The position numbers and the translations under genes are program-made. This document shows, one piece after another, positions 10,764-20,464 of a stretch of 64,000 nucleotides of DNA. The stretch's first letter is position 1. The number at the start of each line of letters is the position of its first letter. The stretch lies in NCBI GenBank assembly GCA_031276035.1, contig JAISNV010000033.1:4057-68056 (forward strand), in the 5' to 3' direction. A model generated the notes under the pieces. It saw only the letters and a program-made list of their open reading frames with translations. It had not been told where the DNA came from and made no database searches. Source of the DNA: Bacteroidales bacterium (GTDB lineage Bacteria; Bacteroidota; Bacteroidia; Bacteroidales; BM520).

Positions 10764-11765
10764 ATGGAAGAAAATAATGGCAAACCACTAATAGTGATAA
10801 TTGGCGCCGGAACTTTCGGTACGGCATTAGCTAATGCTTTCAGTAAAAATCCGGATATTGTTGTACGACTTTTATCTATCGAAACGGAAGTGGTAGAAAG
10901 TATTAACCAAAAAGGCGTTAATACTGTATACTTTCCAAACATTCAATTATATCCGCAATTAAAAGCTACTACAAATAATAATATACTAAAAAAAGCGTCG
11001 GCAATATTGTTGGCAATTCCCTCATCTGCAATCATTTCATATTTAGACAGTTTAAAAGAATTTATTCCTGACGACGCAATAATTGTTAATTTAGCAAAGG
11101 GTTTCGGCGAAGGAGAAGTTATTATTTCTCAATACATTGCAGAAAATTATATAAATCCGATAGCTGCCATGAAAGGCCCATCATTTGCTATAGAAGTGAT
11201 GAACAACATGCCGACAGGTTATACTTTCGGCACTGAAAATATTCAGAATTACGAAATATTCAAACTTTATGCTCAGCATACCAATATTCGTTTCGATTAT
11301 ACCAATGATATTCTCGGAGTTGAATTACTGAGTATTATGAAGAATATTTATTCAATTATTATCGGTGTTGTTGATGCGCACTATGATTCTGCAAACGTAC
11401 GCTTTTTAGTTTCAACAAAAGTTTTTAACGAATTACGTAAAGCTCTCGTCACATTCGGAGGCTCCGAAGAAACAATTTTTAAATATTGCGGCTATGGTGA
11501 TTTTCTTCTTACGTCTTTAAACGACCTTAGCAGAAACAGAACAATGGGATTGTTTATCGGTAAAGGATTTATCAAGGATCTTGTTTCCGACAACATAGTG
11601 CTTGAAGGAAAGCGTTCTTTAAATATTTTCTATAATGTATTGAAGAAAGACAAAATTGTTGATTTTCCTGAAAACGACTTCCCTATTCTTTTCGAGTTAT
11701 ATAAATTGATGAATAAAGAATACGATCAAAGAAAATTTATCTATAATATTGTAAATGTTTATTGA
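10764..11765 (+). CDS. gpsA: NAD(P)H-dependent glycerol-3-phosphate dehydrogenase
   Basis: IGAGTFGTALANAF forms a Rossmann GxGxxG, NLAKGF and KGPSFA blocks are present, and the length (333 aa) fits. Confidence 0.88.
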   Translation: MEENNGKPLIVIIGAGTFGTALANAFSKNPDIVVRLLSIETEVVESINQKGVNTVYFPNIQLYPQLKATTNNNILKKASAILLAIPSSAIISYLDSLKEFIPDDAIIVNLAKGFGEGEVIISQYIAENYINPIAAMKGPSFAIEVMNNMPTGYTFGTENIQNYEIFKLYAQHTNIRFDYTNDILGVELLSIMKNIYSIIIGVVDAHYDSANVRFLVSTKVFNELRKALVTFGGSEETIFKYCGYGDFLLTSLNDLSRNRTMGLFIGKGFIKDLVSDNIVLEGKRSLNIFYNVLKKDKIVDFPENDFPILFELYKLMNKEYDQRKFIYNIVNVY

Positions 11766-11770
11766 TTATT

Positions 11771-12997
11771 TTATTCTATATATTTAATTTTCAAATCAAT
11801 TTGGTTGGCTAAATTATGATATTTATCATGTAACTTAATAAATTCACTCGAACCGTAAGATTTCCGTCCATCATATTGAGCAAGTTCTTCAGCAGCAAAT
11901 TCTTTTGAAGCAACAATATGTTCATCAAAAACATTTACTAACATTTGGTATATAGTCTTATATACCACTAAAGCTTGATAATAATCATCCCAAAGCTTAA
12001 AGGTATATTCCAAACTGTTATAAAGTTTATTCATAAAATTAAACTCAATTTTATTCTTTATCAAAAAGGGACAAACTACACCACCGTAAACCACTTTGAG
12101 TAATCCAAATAATTGATCCCCATATTCTGCTACTAAATTACCAGGCAATTCCATTGATCTTGTTAATGTTAAACCTACATAATAATCAATATCCGAATAA
12201 TCATTATCTATTAAAAAAGCAGCATACCTTGCTGTTATATTTAAAGCACACAAATACAAAATAAGATGATTACCGCTTGAATCCTTTAGATATTCTTTTT
12301 CTATAGCTAAAGCCGAATTATACAAAATTTTATTAACACTTTCTTTATCATTATTTTTCATAAAATAATTAACAGCATAATCTAAGTATTGATCAAACAT
12401 CTCATCATATACAGAAATATTCTCAATATCGTGTAAAAATTCTTTCAATTTCCAATCGACAGCAATCTCCAAACACTCTTTTGCTTCATCAAGTAACTTT
12501 AAATCAACTGAATACATATGTATTAGATATGCCGCAATATTAATTTTTCTACAATAATAACTATCAATAGTTGTTTCATTATCAGGCATATTTATTTCAA
12601 TAGACAAAAACTTCTTAAAATATTTAATAGAATCGGCTGTTTCTGTAATTACATTAAAAATTCTACCAAGAATGTATGTCAATCTTGATTCACTTTTTTT
12701 GAAAAATATTTCATCAGGGAAAAGAAGGGATGCATCTTCACATAAACACACCGCTTTTTCTCCTAATTCGATCATATCTTTATGCAGATTTCTCTCTTCA
12801 TATAAACAAATAATACATTCATAACAATATACAAGACATATATAAGCAAGTACACCATCCGACTCAAAGGCAATTTCGTTAATTAAATTCTTAACTATTA
12901 CTTCAAGGGACTCTATTTTGTTTATAAATTCAATATCCTTATTTTCGTATATATAATTTATGTTATCTGTGAAATATTTGTATTTATTTATATCCAT
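11771..12997 (-). CDS. Hypothetical acidic helical-repeat protein (module member B')
   Basis: This is a 408-aa ORF with no signal peptide or TM segment, rich in D/E/Y/N/I. It shares blocks with the 389-aa ORF at 14533-15702 (AVDWKLKEF vs LLEWKYYEY; NITARYAAFLIDNDYSD vs ITARNNN..MYAYFLSHNDAY). Confidence 0.75.
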   Translation of the reverse strand: MDINKYKYFTDNINYIYENKDIEFINKIESLEVIVKNLINEIAFESDGVLAYICLVYCYECIICLYEERNLHKDMIELGEKAVCLCEDASLLFPDEIFFKKSESRLTYILGRIFNVITETADSIKYFKKFLSIEINMPDNETTIDSYYCRKINIAAYLIHMYSVDLKLLDEAKECLEIAVDWKLKEFLHDIENISVYDEMFDQYLDYAVNYFMKNNDKESVNKILYNSALAIEKEYLKDSSGNHLILYLCALNITARYAAFLIDNDYSDIDYYVGLTLTRSMELPGNLVAEYGDQLFGLLKVVYGGVVCPFLIKNKIEFNFMNKLYNSLEYTFKLWDDYYQALVVYKTIYQMLVNVFDEHIVASKEFAAEELAQYDGRKSYGSSEFIKLHDKYHNLANQIDLKIKYIE

Positions 12998-13014
12998 GAG
13001 TATTCAGATTTTAA

Positions 13015-14502
13015 TTATTCGCTGTAATTTTCAAATTCTATCATATATTTTTGACCTAGTTTATCCTTTCCTATTAAATCACAGAATTCGCTTGCATCAT
13101 AATAAGCATTCGCCAAATTATCTTTTGCATCTTCATCATCAGGATTCTCATCATATAAATCTAATCTAAGCTGAATCATTTTATCTAAATACTTCAGAGC
13201 ATGTTTCTCTTGGTCAATATTTTGATAAAAATCTCTATAATTTTCATAAACATCATACAGATTATCATAATAATCCTGATCTTCTGTATCATCAATCAGT
13301 TTTTTGTATAAATCTTCACTTATTCCCAAAAACTTTTCTGTATTTTTTCTGTCTTCTTCGTACTTATAATATGTACCGATTAAATAATTACTATAAGCAT
13401 ATGCCGAATTTACCTCCTCTTCTTCATATTCGTCAAAAACATTTTTTGCTTTAGTTTGCATTTCTTTTAAAAGGACTTCATCTACAATGTTTTGAATTGT
13501 TATTTCTTTCGATGATAACATTTTATCTTCTACAAGCATTTCTTTTGCATTATCTAAATCAAAAACAATAAAGAAAATAATTGCATTAATAGAATCCATA
13601 TATTTTTCAATTGCGTCGATATCAGAATCATTTTCTTTAAAATATTTTTCACTCAACTCACAATGTTTTTGCAAATAAAAATATTTTTCGGAATAATTAT
13701 CTTTTTCATCGTAATATTCAATGATTTTTTCATACGCATCGAGAAGATCTTCAGGACCGGAATTCTCCAATTCTCTTTGAATTGCTTCCGAATAGTAATG
13801 AATCGATTTTAACAGATATTGTTCTCGGTTATCCTCCGAACAAACATCGCTTATTTTTAAATAAATATCAGCTAATTTTTCTATATCAATATCATTTGAT
13901 GTTTGGCACATTAAAAGATAAATCGAATAATGTTCTAAAGACTTGATTTTATTATCGTCATTAGAATATACTAATCCAAGATAATAATGTAAGAGAAATA
14001 ACATTATCATAGCATAATCATCTGAATTAAAAGGATATGAATTATATTTGATTTTTACAAATTTAATACCCGACTCAAATATTTTAATAGATTCTTTATA
14101 ATCGTCAAAATAATATCGTATTAATCCGTATTTAAGAAACCAATCATTCATATTATTATAATACAAAGAGTTATCAGCATTAATAAACACTGCTAATTCT
14201 TTCTCCAACTTTCGAAATAAAATTATAATCAGATCTTTAATATTATTTTCATCTTCATCCTCGTCATATAAATCGTATAAGGCATCCGAAACATTATTAA
14301 TAATATAATCGAAAACTTTGTTATTATCAGTATCAATAACAGCAAGTTTTATCATTTTATCAATCAAAGAATTGTCTTTGACTATTTCTTCGGCTAATAT
14401 TTCTGAAATCTCATCACTTTCATCTTCTTCTAAGGATAAAAAATAATTAATAGCTTCTAAATAATTATTATTGTTTAATAAAGAAATTAAATGCTCAGTC
14501 AT
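13015..14502 (-). CDS. Hypothetical acidic TPR-like protein (module member A')
   Basis: This 495-aa ORF aligns end to end with the 518-aa ORF at 15699-17255: MTEHLISLLNNNNYLEA vs MENKLLSLLINNDIQSA; LGLVYSNDDNKIKSL vs LGLAYKETNDKEKSL; DNLANAYYDASEFC vs EDLASAYIDAIDFC. Confidence 0.75.
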   Translation of the reverse strand: MTEHLISLLNNNNYLEAINYFLSLEEDESDEISEILAEEIVKDNSLIDKMIKLAVIDTDNNKVFDYIINNVSDALYDLYDEDEDENNIKDLIIILFRKLEKELAVFINADNSLYYNNMNDWFLKYGLIRYYFDDYKESIKIFESGIKFVKIKYNSYPFNSDDYAMIMLFLLHYYLGLVYSNDDNKIKSLEHYSIYLLMCQTSNDIDIEKLADIYLKISDVCSEDNREQYLLKSIHYYSEAIQRELENSGPEDLLDAYEKIIEYYDEKDNYSEKYFYLQKHCELSEKYFKENDSDIDAIEKYMDSINAIIFFIVFDLDNAKEMLVEDKMLSSKEITIQNIVDEVLLKEMQTKAKNVFDEYEEEEVNSAYAYSNYLIGTYYKYEEDRKNTEKFLGISEDLYKKLIDDTEDQDYYDNLYDVYENYRDFYQNIDQEKHALKYLDKMIQLRLDLYDENPDDEDAKDNLANAYYDASEFCDLIGKDKLGQKYMIEFENYSE

Positions 14503-14532
14503 AATTCGATTAAAGTTTTGTTGTGTTAGAAA

Positions 14533-15702
14533 TTAAAGTTTGCATTCAACAAAGAAAGCAATACTATTAAAGTAGTTAACCAATTTAATATAATAACAAT
14601 CGTTATCTTTGATTCTTCCGGCAGCGAAATCAATTTTTTCCTTTTTATACACCTCACTACCTTTAATATCTTCGGCATAAATCTTAGGAATTTCTATATA
14701 CAAATCTACAATTTTTTTTCGCGGATGCTTTTTTAAATCTAAAAATGCTAATGTATCATTTATACTTTTTTGAAATGATCTTAAAAATTCATAATCAAGT
14801 CCGAAAGCTTCATTCATAGCAAAAGCAATAATAGCATACAGCTCTCCGAATATTGTCAAGCAATCTTCTTGATAATCACGAACTCCGGGAGTTAATTGTC
14901 CTGAAAGTTTAAAACATTTTATACTTGTATTATAAAACTCATTACGATAAGCATCATTATGGGATAAGAAATAGGCATACATAATATTACTACGCAACTG
15001 AATCAGTAATGATAAAGGATTATTGTTTCTCGCAGTAATATCTATCCTTTCGAGTCCTTTTGTCATAATTAATTTGCCTCTTGCGAATAAATTTTCAGAA
15101 GGGTAGACTTTATATATCGTTGTCACTATTTCATCTATTTCTTTTGCAGTTTCTTTATCATCAACATCAAAAGAATATTCATAATATTTCCACTCCAATA
15201 AAGAATCTAAAAAATTATACGCGCTGGGATAATCTCTTAAACCATAATATGCTAAGTATTTGTTTTTCATAAGCAAGCATATATCATTTACATTTTGCTT
15301 ATTGTACTTTATATCGGTTCCGAAAATATAATTATTGTAAACATCCAAATATTTTAATGCATCATTATATTTATTTTCGACACAAAATAAAACACCTAAT
15401 TCTTTTGCACAATCGGCACGATTTTTCAACAATTCAGGCTCATCTTTATAAATTGTAAGATAATCATTACATAAGGCATAGGCTTTTTCATAATATTCCT
15501 TGTATATTTTATTATCTTCCGGATCTGCTTTCTGTGCCGTTTGTTGATACATATAAATTAAGTCCAGTGCCGACTTCAAATCATTATTTTTTGCGAGGAT
15601 ATCAACAGTTATACCTGCCAAACCATTAAAAAAATCCATATCGTAAGAAAAGATTTCCTTTTCAAAGTTTTTAATATTATCTGAATTTATGTCTTCGTTC
15701 AT
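14533..15702 (-). CDS. Hypothetical acidic helical-repeat protein (module member B)
   Basis: This is a 389-aa ORF. Its start overlaps the stop of the upstream gene by 4 nt (15699-15702), which suggests translational coupling. A TPR-like segment is AKELGVLFCVENKYNDALKYLDV. Confidence 0.75.
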   Translation of the reverse strand: MNEDINSDNIKNFEKEIFSYDMDFFNGLAGITVDILAKNNDLKSALDLIYMYQQTAQKADPEDNKIYKEYYEKAYALCNDYLTIYKDEPELLKNRADCAKELGVLFCVENKYNDALKYLDVYNNYIFGTDIKYNKQNVNDICLLMKNKYLAYYGLRDYPSAYNFLDSLLEWKYYEYSFDVDDKETAKEIDEIVTTIYKVYPSENLFARGKLIMTKGLERIDITARNNNPLSLLIQLRSNIMYAYFLSHNDAYRNEFYNTSIKCFKLSGQLTPGVRDYQEDCLTIFGELYAIIAFAMNEAFGLDYEFLRSFQKSINDTLAFLDLKKHPRKKIVDLYIEIPKIYAEDIKGSEVYKKEKIDFAAGRIKDNDCYYIKLVNYFNSIAFFVECKL

Positions 15703-17255
15703 TGCATATCATTTTTAAATTCTTCATATTCTTCACTGAGCATTTCCGTCATGGCCATAAGATTATATTTCTTGCAAAAATCTATTGCATCAATATATGC
15801 AGAGGCAAGGTCTTCAATCAAAAATTCGTCGGTATAATCTTCTTCCAACATAGATGTCTTAATTTCTATCATTTCAGTAACCGCTTCATAAATAGCCTCA
15901 AAATTATCATTCACATTACCGTTTTCGGCATAGATGTTTCTCTTGCATGCTAATAAGATATACAGTTTATCGAGATAGTCAACATCATTAGCTTCATCTT
16001 TTAAATATTCTCTAATTATATCCTCACATTGAGAAAGATAAATCAGTGCTTTTTGAAAATCTTTATGAGAATAATTATATTTTCCCAAGAGTAAGTTAGT
16101 ATCAATGAATCCTAATGAAATATCATTATCATCATATTTAACATATAGAGACTTTACATTATTATAATATTCCAACAAATAATCATAAATTTTGTTTTCG
16201 TCCAATGGAACTTTAATCTTTTCACTATACGTCTTACTTTCTTCATGGTACATTTCGATTCTTCTTTCCTCAAACAAATCCTGATTCAAAATTAAAAAGT
16301 TACAGAAATCGTAACCTGCAGACATATAATGAACCATTGTATAGATATTGGTAGAATCTATCTGAAGATCTTTAGTTGAAAAATCGAATTTTAATTTTAG
16401 AATAACATATTGGTGCGTATAGTCACTGTTCGAACCGTAATAACTTGCCAGCTCATCAAGAACTTCTTGAATATTATCAACAACAGGCTGAACGCCTTTA
16501 TTATTAGCGTTTTTATTATAAAAATTATAATAAGCTGTTAATGCGTTAAATAAATAATAATCTTTATTTTCTTCTGCACAAACAACGGCAATACTTTTAT
16601 ATACAAAAGCTAAATCCAAATCTAATTCATCATTATCGGAATAATTTTTACTGTTTTCCAAATTATGCAGATAGGGTAAAAAATTATAGAGAGATTTTTC
16701 TTTATCATTCGTTTCTTTATATGCTAAACCGAGATTGAAATATATAAGATATAATGACGATAAAAGCGTTTCATTGTCTTCAATATTCAAATATTTCACA
16801 CAAAGCTTCTTCGCGGTTTCCCATTGTTTTATTGCCTCGATATTATCATTGAAGATAAAACTATATCTGCCGAATTCTATATGCCAATTAACAATATCGT
16901 CTCTATAATAATTTTCATCGGATTTATATAATTTATACAGAGGTTCATCCAATCCTTTGTACAAATTTAGGATAGAAGTTTTTATAATATATGTTTCTTC
17001 GTCATCAATATAAGCATTAATTAATGCTGCGCAGAAGTCGAAAAGTACTTTGAGTATGACATTTATTTCATCAGCAGTATCAACTTCCGTCATCTTTATT
17101 ACATTATCAATAATATCGTCATTTTTTGTTTCGATAAGATATTGGGTAATATTTTGTAATTCATTAGTGAGGTCGTCATTACTTAAGCTCATAAATAATT
17201 CTGCTGCCGATTGAATATCATTATTAATCAACAGTGAAAGAAGTTTGTTTTCCAT
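15699..17255 (-). CDS. Hypothetical acidic TPR-like protein (module member A)
   Basis: This 518-aa ORF starts 12 nt after the thyA stop. It is a paralogue of 13015-14502. Confidence 0.75.
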   Translation of the reverse strand: MENKLLSLLINNDIQSAAELFMSLSNDDLTNELQNITQYLIETKNDDIIDNVIKMTEVDTADEINVILKVLFDFCAALINAYIDDEETYIIKTSILNLYKGLDEPLYKLYKSDENYYRDDIVNWHIEFGRYSFIFNDNIEAIKQWETAKKLCVKYLNIEDNETLLSSLYLIYFNLGLAYKETNDKEKSLYNFLPYLHNLENSKNYSDNDELDLDLAFVYKSIAVVCAEENKDYYLFNALTAYYNFYNKNANNKGVQPVVDNIQEVLDELASYYGSNSDYTHQYVILKLKFDFSTKDLQIDSTNIYTMVHYMSAGYDFCNFLILNQDLFEERRIEMYHEESKTYSEKIKVPLDENKIYDYLLEYYNNVKSLYVKYDDNDISLGFIDTNLLLGKYNYSHKDFQKALIYLSQCEDIIREYLKDEANDVDYLDKLYILLACKRNIYAENGNVNDNFEAIYEAVTEMIEIKTSMLEEDYTDEFLIEDLASAYIDAIDFCKKYNLMAMTEMLSEEYEEFKNDMQ

Positions 17256-17267
17256 AATGTTATCTGA

Positions 17268-18062
17268 TTATTTTGAAACGGCGGCTTTAATATGCGGATG
17301 TGCTTGATAATCTTGCAAGGTGAAATCTTCGTATGTGAAATCGAAGATTGATTTTACATCTTTGTTAAGTATCATTTTCGGAAGTATGTAAGGTTCGCGT
17401 ACAAGTTGTAATTCTGCTTGTTCTATATGGTTGTTATAAATATGAGCATCTCCAAGTGTGTGAATAAATTCTCCGGGTTCATAACCGGTAACTTGCGCCA
17501 TCATCAAAAGGAGCAGAGCATAAGAAGCGATATTGAAAGGTATTCCTAAAAACACGTCACAACTACGTTGGTAGAGCATACACGACAGTTTGTTGTTTGC
17601 AACATAAAATTGGAAGAGTATATGGCAAGGCGGAAGCGCCATTTTATCAAGATCACCGACATTCCAGGCAGAAACTATGTGCCTTCTTGAATTAGGATTA
17701 TTTTTCAATGAATTAACTACTTCTGTAATCTGGTCAATAATCCTTCCGTCGGAAGATTGCCAAGATCGCCATTGTGCACCGTATATTCTACCTAAATTCC
17801 CGTTTTCATCTGCCCATTCGTCCCAGATTGAAACTCCATGATCTTTTAAGTATTTGGTATTTGTGTCACCATTAAGAAACCAAAGGAGTTCATATATAAT
17901 AGATTTCAGGTGAAGTTTTTTTGTTGTCAGAAGAGGAAATCCTTCGGAAAGATCAAAACGCATTTGATGGCCGAACACGCTAATAGTTCCGGTACCGGTT
18001 CTATCATCTTTCACAACACCATCGGAAAGAATTCTACTTAATAAATCTAAATACTGTTTCAT
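17268..18062 (-). CDS. thyA: Thymidylate synthase (ThyA type)
   Basis: [36 protein letters not shown] (catalytic Cys) and DAHIYNNH are present. Length is 264 aa. Confidence 0.97.
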   Translation of the reverse strand: MKQYLDLLSRILSDGVVKDDRTGTGTISVFGHQMRFDLSEGFPLLTTKKLHLKSIIYELLWFLNGDTNTKYLKDHGVSIWDEWADENGNLGRIYGAQWRSWQSSDGRIIDQITEVVNSLKNNPNSRRHIVSAWNVGDLDKMALPPCHILFQFYVANNKLSCMLYQRSCDVFLGIPFNIASYALLLLMMAQVTGYEPGEFIHTLGDAHIYNNHIEQAELQLVREPYILPKMILNKDVKSIFDFTYEDFTLQDYQAHPHIKAAVSK

Positions 18063-18146
18063 ATAAAAATATGTTTAATCGTTTATTTGGCGCCAATATG
18101 AATATTTTGTATATCATATCGGGCTTAATATTTTATTTTAAATAAA

Positions 18147-19697
18147 TTACCCTAATAACATTCCCATGATTATTGATGATAGCAAAGCTGTTACAGCAGC
18201 AGTAAACAAAGCCAACATGCCGAACTTAGCAAGTACGTAACGTTTATTTGGAGCTAAAGAACCGATACCACCTATTTGAATTCCAATGGAGCTGAAGTTA
18301 GCGAATCCGCAAAGTAAATAAATTGCCATTACAGTTCCTTTAACTGATAATGAGCCAGACGCAATCATTCCTTGCAAAGCGCCATAACCAACAAACTCAT
18401 TAACAATAGTTTTTATTCCTAATAATTGTGCCAATTCAAGTACATCTCCCGATGGAACGCCAATGAGCCACATCAAAGGAGAAAGTGCATATCCTAATAA
18501 AAATTCCAGAGAAAATTTTTGATAAGGAGTATTGGCACCAATCCAAGTATTAAGAGTTGTCCAGTCGCCAATTTTTCCGAAAGTAAAATTAATAAATGCT
18601 ATCAATGCTATGAATACCAGAAGCATTGTAGCAACGTTTACAGCGAGTTTCATTCCTTCTATAGCGCCGCCTGCAATAACATCAAGGGTATTGGTTTTCT
18701 TCTCTTCTTTTTCAATTTTAACAACTTCCGAAGGATCGGTATTGGCAGGGAAAATAATTCTACCGATTACAACGGCCGCCGGCGCAGCCATCACTGATGC
18801 AGCAAGAAGATGTTTGGCAAAAGCAACTTGTAAAACCGGATCATTTCCTCCAAGCAGCGCAATATAGGAAGCCAAAATACCTCCGGACATTGTTGCCATA
18901 CCTCCTACCATTACCATAAATATTTCAGCATCTTTGGCATTAGGAAGATAATGCTTGACAATCAAGGGCGCTTCGGTTTGTCCGAGAAAAATATTTCCTG
19001 CCAAAGACAAGCTTTCAACTCCGGTTAATCCCATTATTTTTGAAAAGAACCATCCCAGCCATTTTACAACAACTTGTATAATTCCCCAATGAAATAACAA
19101 ACTGGTTATTGCGGAGAAAAATACAATAGTAGGCAAAACATTAAATGCAAAGACATAACCAATAGATTCACCCATCAATCCTCCCATCAAAAACTTCATA
19201 CCTTCGGCTGCGGAGCGATTTACATAAACGAATATTTTTCCGAAGAATTCAAAGATTGTAGCAACAAAAGGAACATACAGAATACAAATTGCTATTATTA
19301 TCTGGAATGCGAGAGCACTAAAAATATATTTCCATTTTATAGCTTTCCTGTCTCTGCTCAACAACCAACAAATAAATAGAATGACTACAATACCGAGTAT
19401 AGCTCTTAACACACCTTTGAAAGTTATATTAGGTTTTAAGGAACTAATAGTATCATATAATTTATTGTTAGAATCAACCTGAATAGAATCATCAGCAGGC
19501 TTTACGACCATTACCTTAGTGGTATCGGCTTCATCCGAAATTTCGGCAGAAACGCCAAGCACTCCATGAGATTGTTGTGCAAAAATATTAGCATTTTCAC
19601 TATTTGTAAACATTCCTATAAACACTGCAAGTACGCAAATGGCAGCTATAACATAAGAAAGTTTTTTTAAGAAAGGTTTTTTTAGTATTTTCATCAT
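18147..19697 (-). CDS. Concentrative nucleoside transporter (NupC/CNT family) with an N-terminal extension
   Basis: The protein has multiple TM segments, and GNIFLGQTEAPLIVKHYL and the GFANFSSIGIQIGG motifs are typical of NupC. Its start overlaps the upstream stop by 4 nt. Confidence 0.88.
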   Translation of the reverse strand: MMKILKKPFLKKLSYVIAAICVLAVFIGMFTNSENANIFAQQSHGVLGVSAEISDEADTTKVMVVKPADDSIQVDSNNKLYDTISSLKPNITFKGVLRAILGIVVILFICWLLSRDRKAIKWKYIFSALAFQIIIAICILYVPFVATIFEFFGKIFVYVNRSAAEGMKFLMGGLMGESIGYVFAFNVLPTIVFFSAITSLLFHWGIIQVVVKWLGWFFSKIMGLTGVESLSLAGNIFLGQTEAPLIVKHYLPNAKDAEIFMVMVGGMATMSGGILASYIALLGGNDPVLQVAFAKHLLAASVMAAPAAVVIGRIIFPANTDPSEVVKIEKEEKKTNTLDVIAGGAIEGMKLAVNVATMLLVFIALIAFINFTFGKIGDWTTLNTWIGANTPYQKFSLEFLLGYALSPLMWLIGVPSGDVLELAQLLGIKTIVNEFVGYGALQGMIASGSLSVKGTVMAIYLLCGFANFSSIGIQIGGIGSLAPNKRYVLAKFGMLALFTAAVTALLSSIIMGMLLG

Positions 19698-20317
19698 AAT
19701 TTTTTATTTCTAGCATCTCTTAATTTTGCAGCATATTTATAATTTTCATTTTTCAAAGCCAAGTCAAGGCGAATATTTATCTCTTCTAAAGATAATTTCG
19801 ATAATTTTTCAGCATTACCAAATTCATCAACAATAATATCATCTGTTCTATCATTTGTAGATAAACCTGCAGTATCATCAGAAAAAAGAATCTTATTAAT
19901 AAAACCCTTGGGTAATTCCGAAGCAACTTCCTCCAATACAATATCTTCACAAAAAATATCGGCATGATATTTAAATGCAATAATTAACGCATCTGAAGGA
20001 CGAGCCTGTTCAATTATTAATTGGTTTCCATCCTTATCAAAAAAATACATATAGCAGTAAAATAATCCGTATTCATACTTATGAATATAGACATAGTCTA
20101 ATTTACAGAAAGATTTTTGAACAAATTCGCAGAAAGAATCATATATATCCGGACGGATATTTCTATTTCCATTAATTACCAAATTGATATTTTCAGCCGC
20201 TTGTATAGTAATTGTAATAGGAAGTTCTCTTTCGCCCGAAAACTCTTTTAATATTAAAATAGCAGCATCATCGGATTTATCACTTGAAATTATCTCTTTA
20301 AATACTAAACGAATCAT
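19694..20317 (-). CDS. Bifunctional nuclease family protein (DUF151/BFN) with a C-terminal UVR motif
   Basis: MIRLVFKEI..DAAILILKE..ERELPITI is BFN-like, and the C-terminal LEEINIRLDLALKNENYKYAAKLRDARNKK is UVR-like. The start was moved from 20368 to 20317 because the -7 box at 20347-20354 lies inside the longer ORF. Confidence 0.7.
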   Translation of the reverse strand: MIRLVFKEIISSDKSDDAAILILKEFSGERELPITITIQAAENINLVINGNRNIRPDIYDSFCEFVQKSFCKLDYVYIHKYEYGLFYCYMYFFDKDGNQLIIEQARPSDALIIAFKYHADIFCEDIVLEEVASELPKGFINKILFSDDTAGLSTNDRTDDIIVDEFGNAEKLSKLSLEEINIRLDLALKNENYKYAAKLRDARNKKL

Positions 20318-20346
20318 TAAAATTTTATAAAAAATATTAGCAAACG

Positions 20347-20354
20347 CAAATTTA
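20347..20354 (-). promoter_or_regulatory. -7 promoter box for the nuclease-nupC-thyA-ABA'B' operon
   Basis: The reverse complement is TAAATTTG, 30 nt upstream of the ATG at 20317. Confidence 0.45.
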
Positions 20355-20394
20355 AAAAAAATCTTCAATATTTCTTTAGTTAGATATTTTTATT

Positions 20395-20402
20395 TATTTT
20401 TG
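20395..20402 (+). promoter_or_regulatory. -7 promoter box for the C10 peptidase gene
   Basis: TATTTTTG lies about 62 nt upstream of the ATG at 20465. Confidence 0.4.
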
Positions 20403-20464
20403 CCAATTATTGTAATTTATAATCAAATTATAATCATTATTAATTTATTAAATTAAAAAGTATT

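Noticed and set aside
18519-18867. Two plus-strand ORFs (92 and 111 aa) inside the transporter gene.
   Set aside because: They are antisense to a well-supported NupC-family CDS, and no independent signal supports them.
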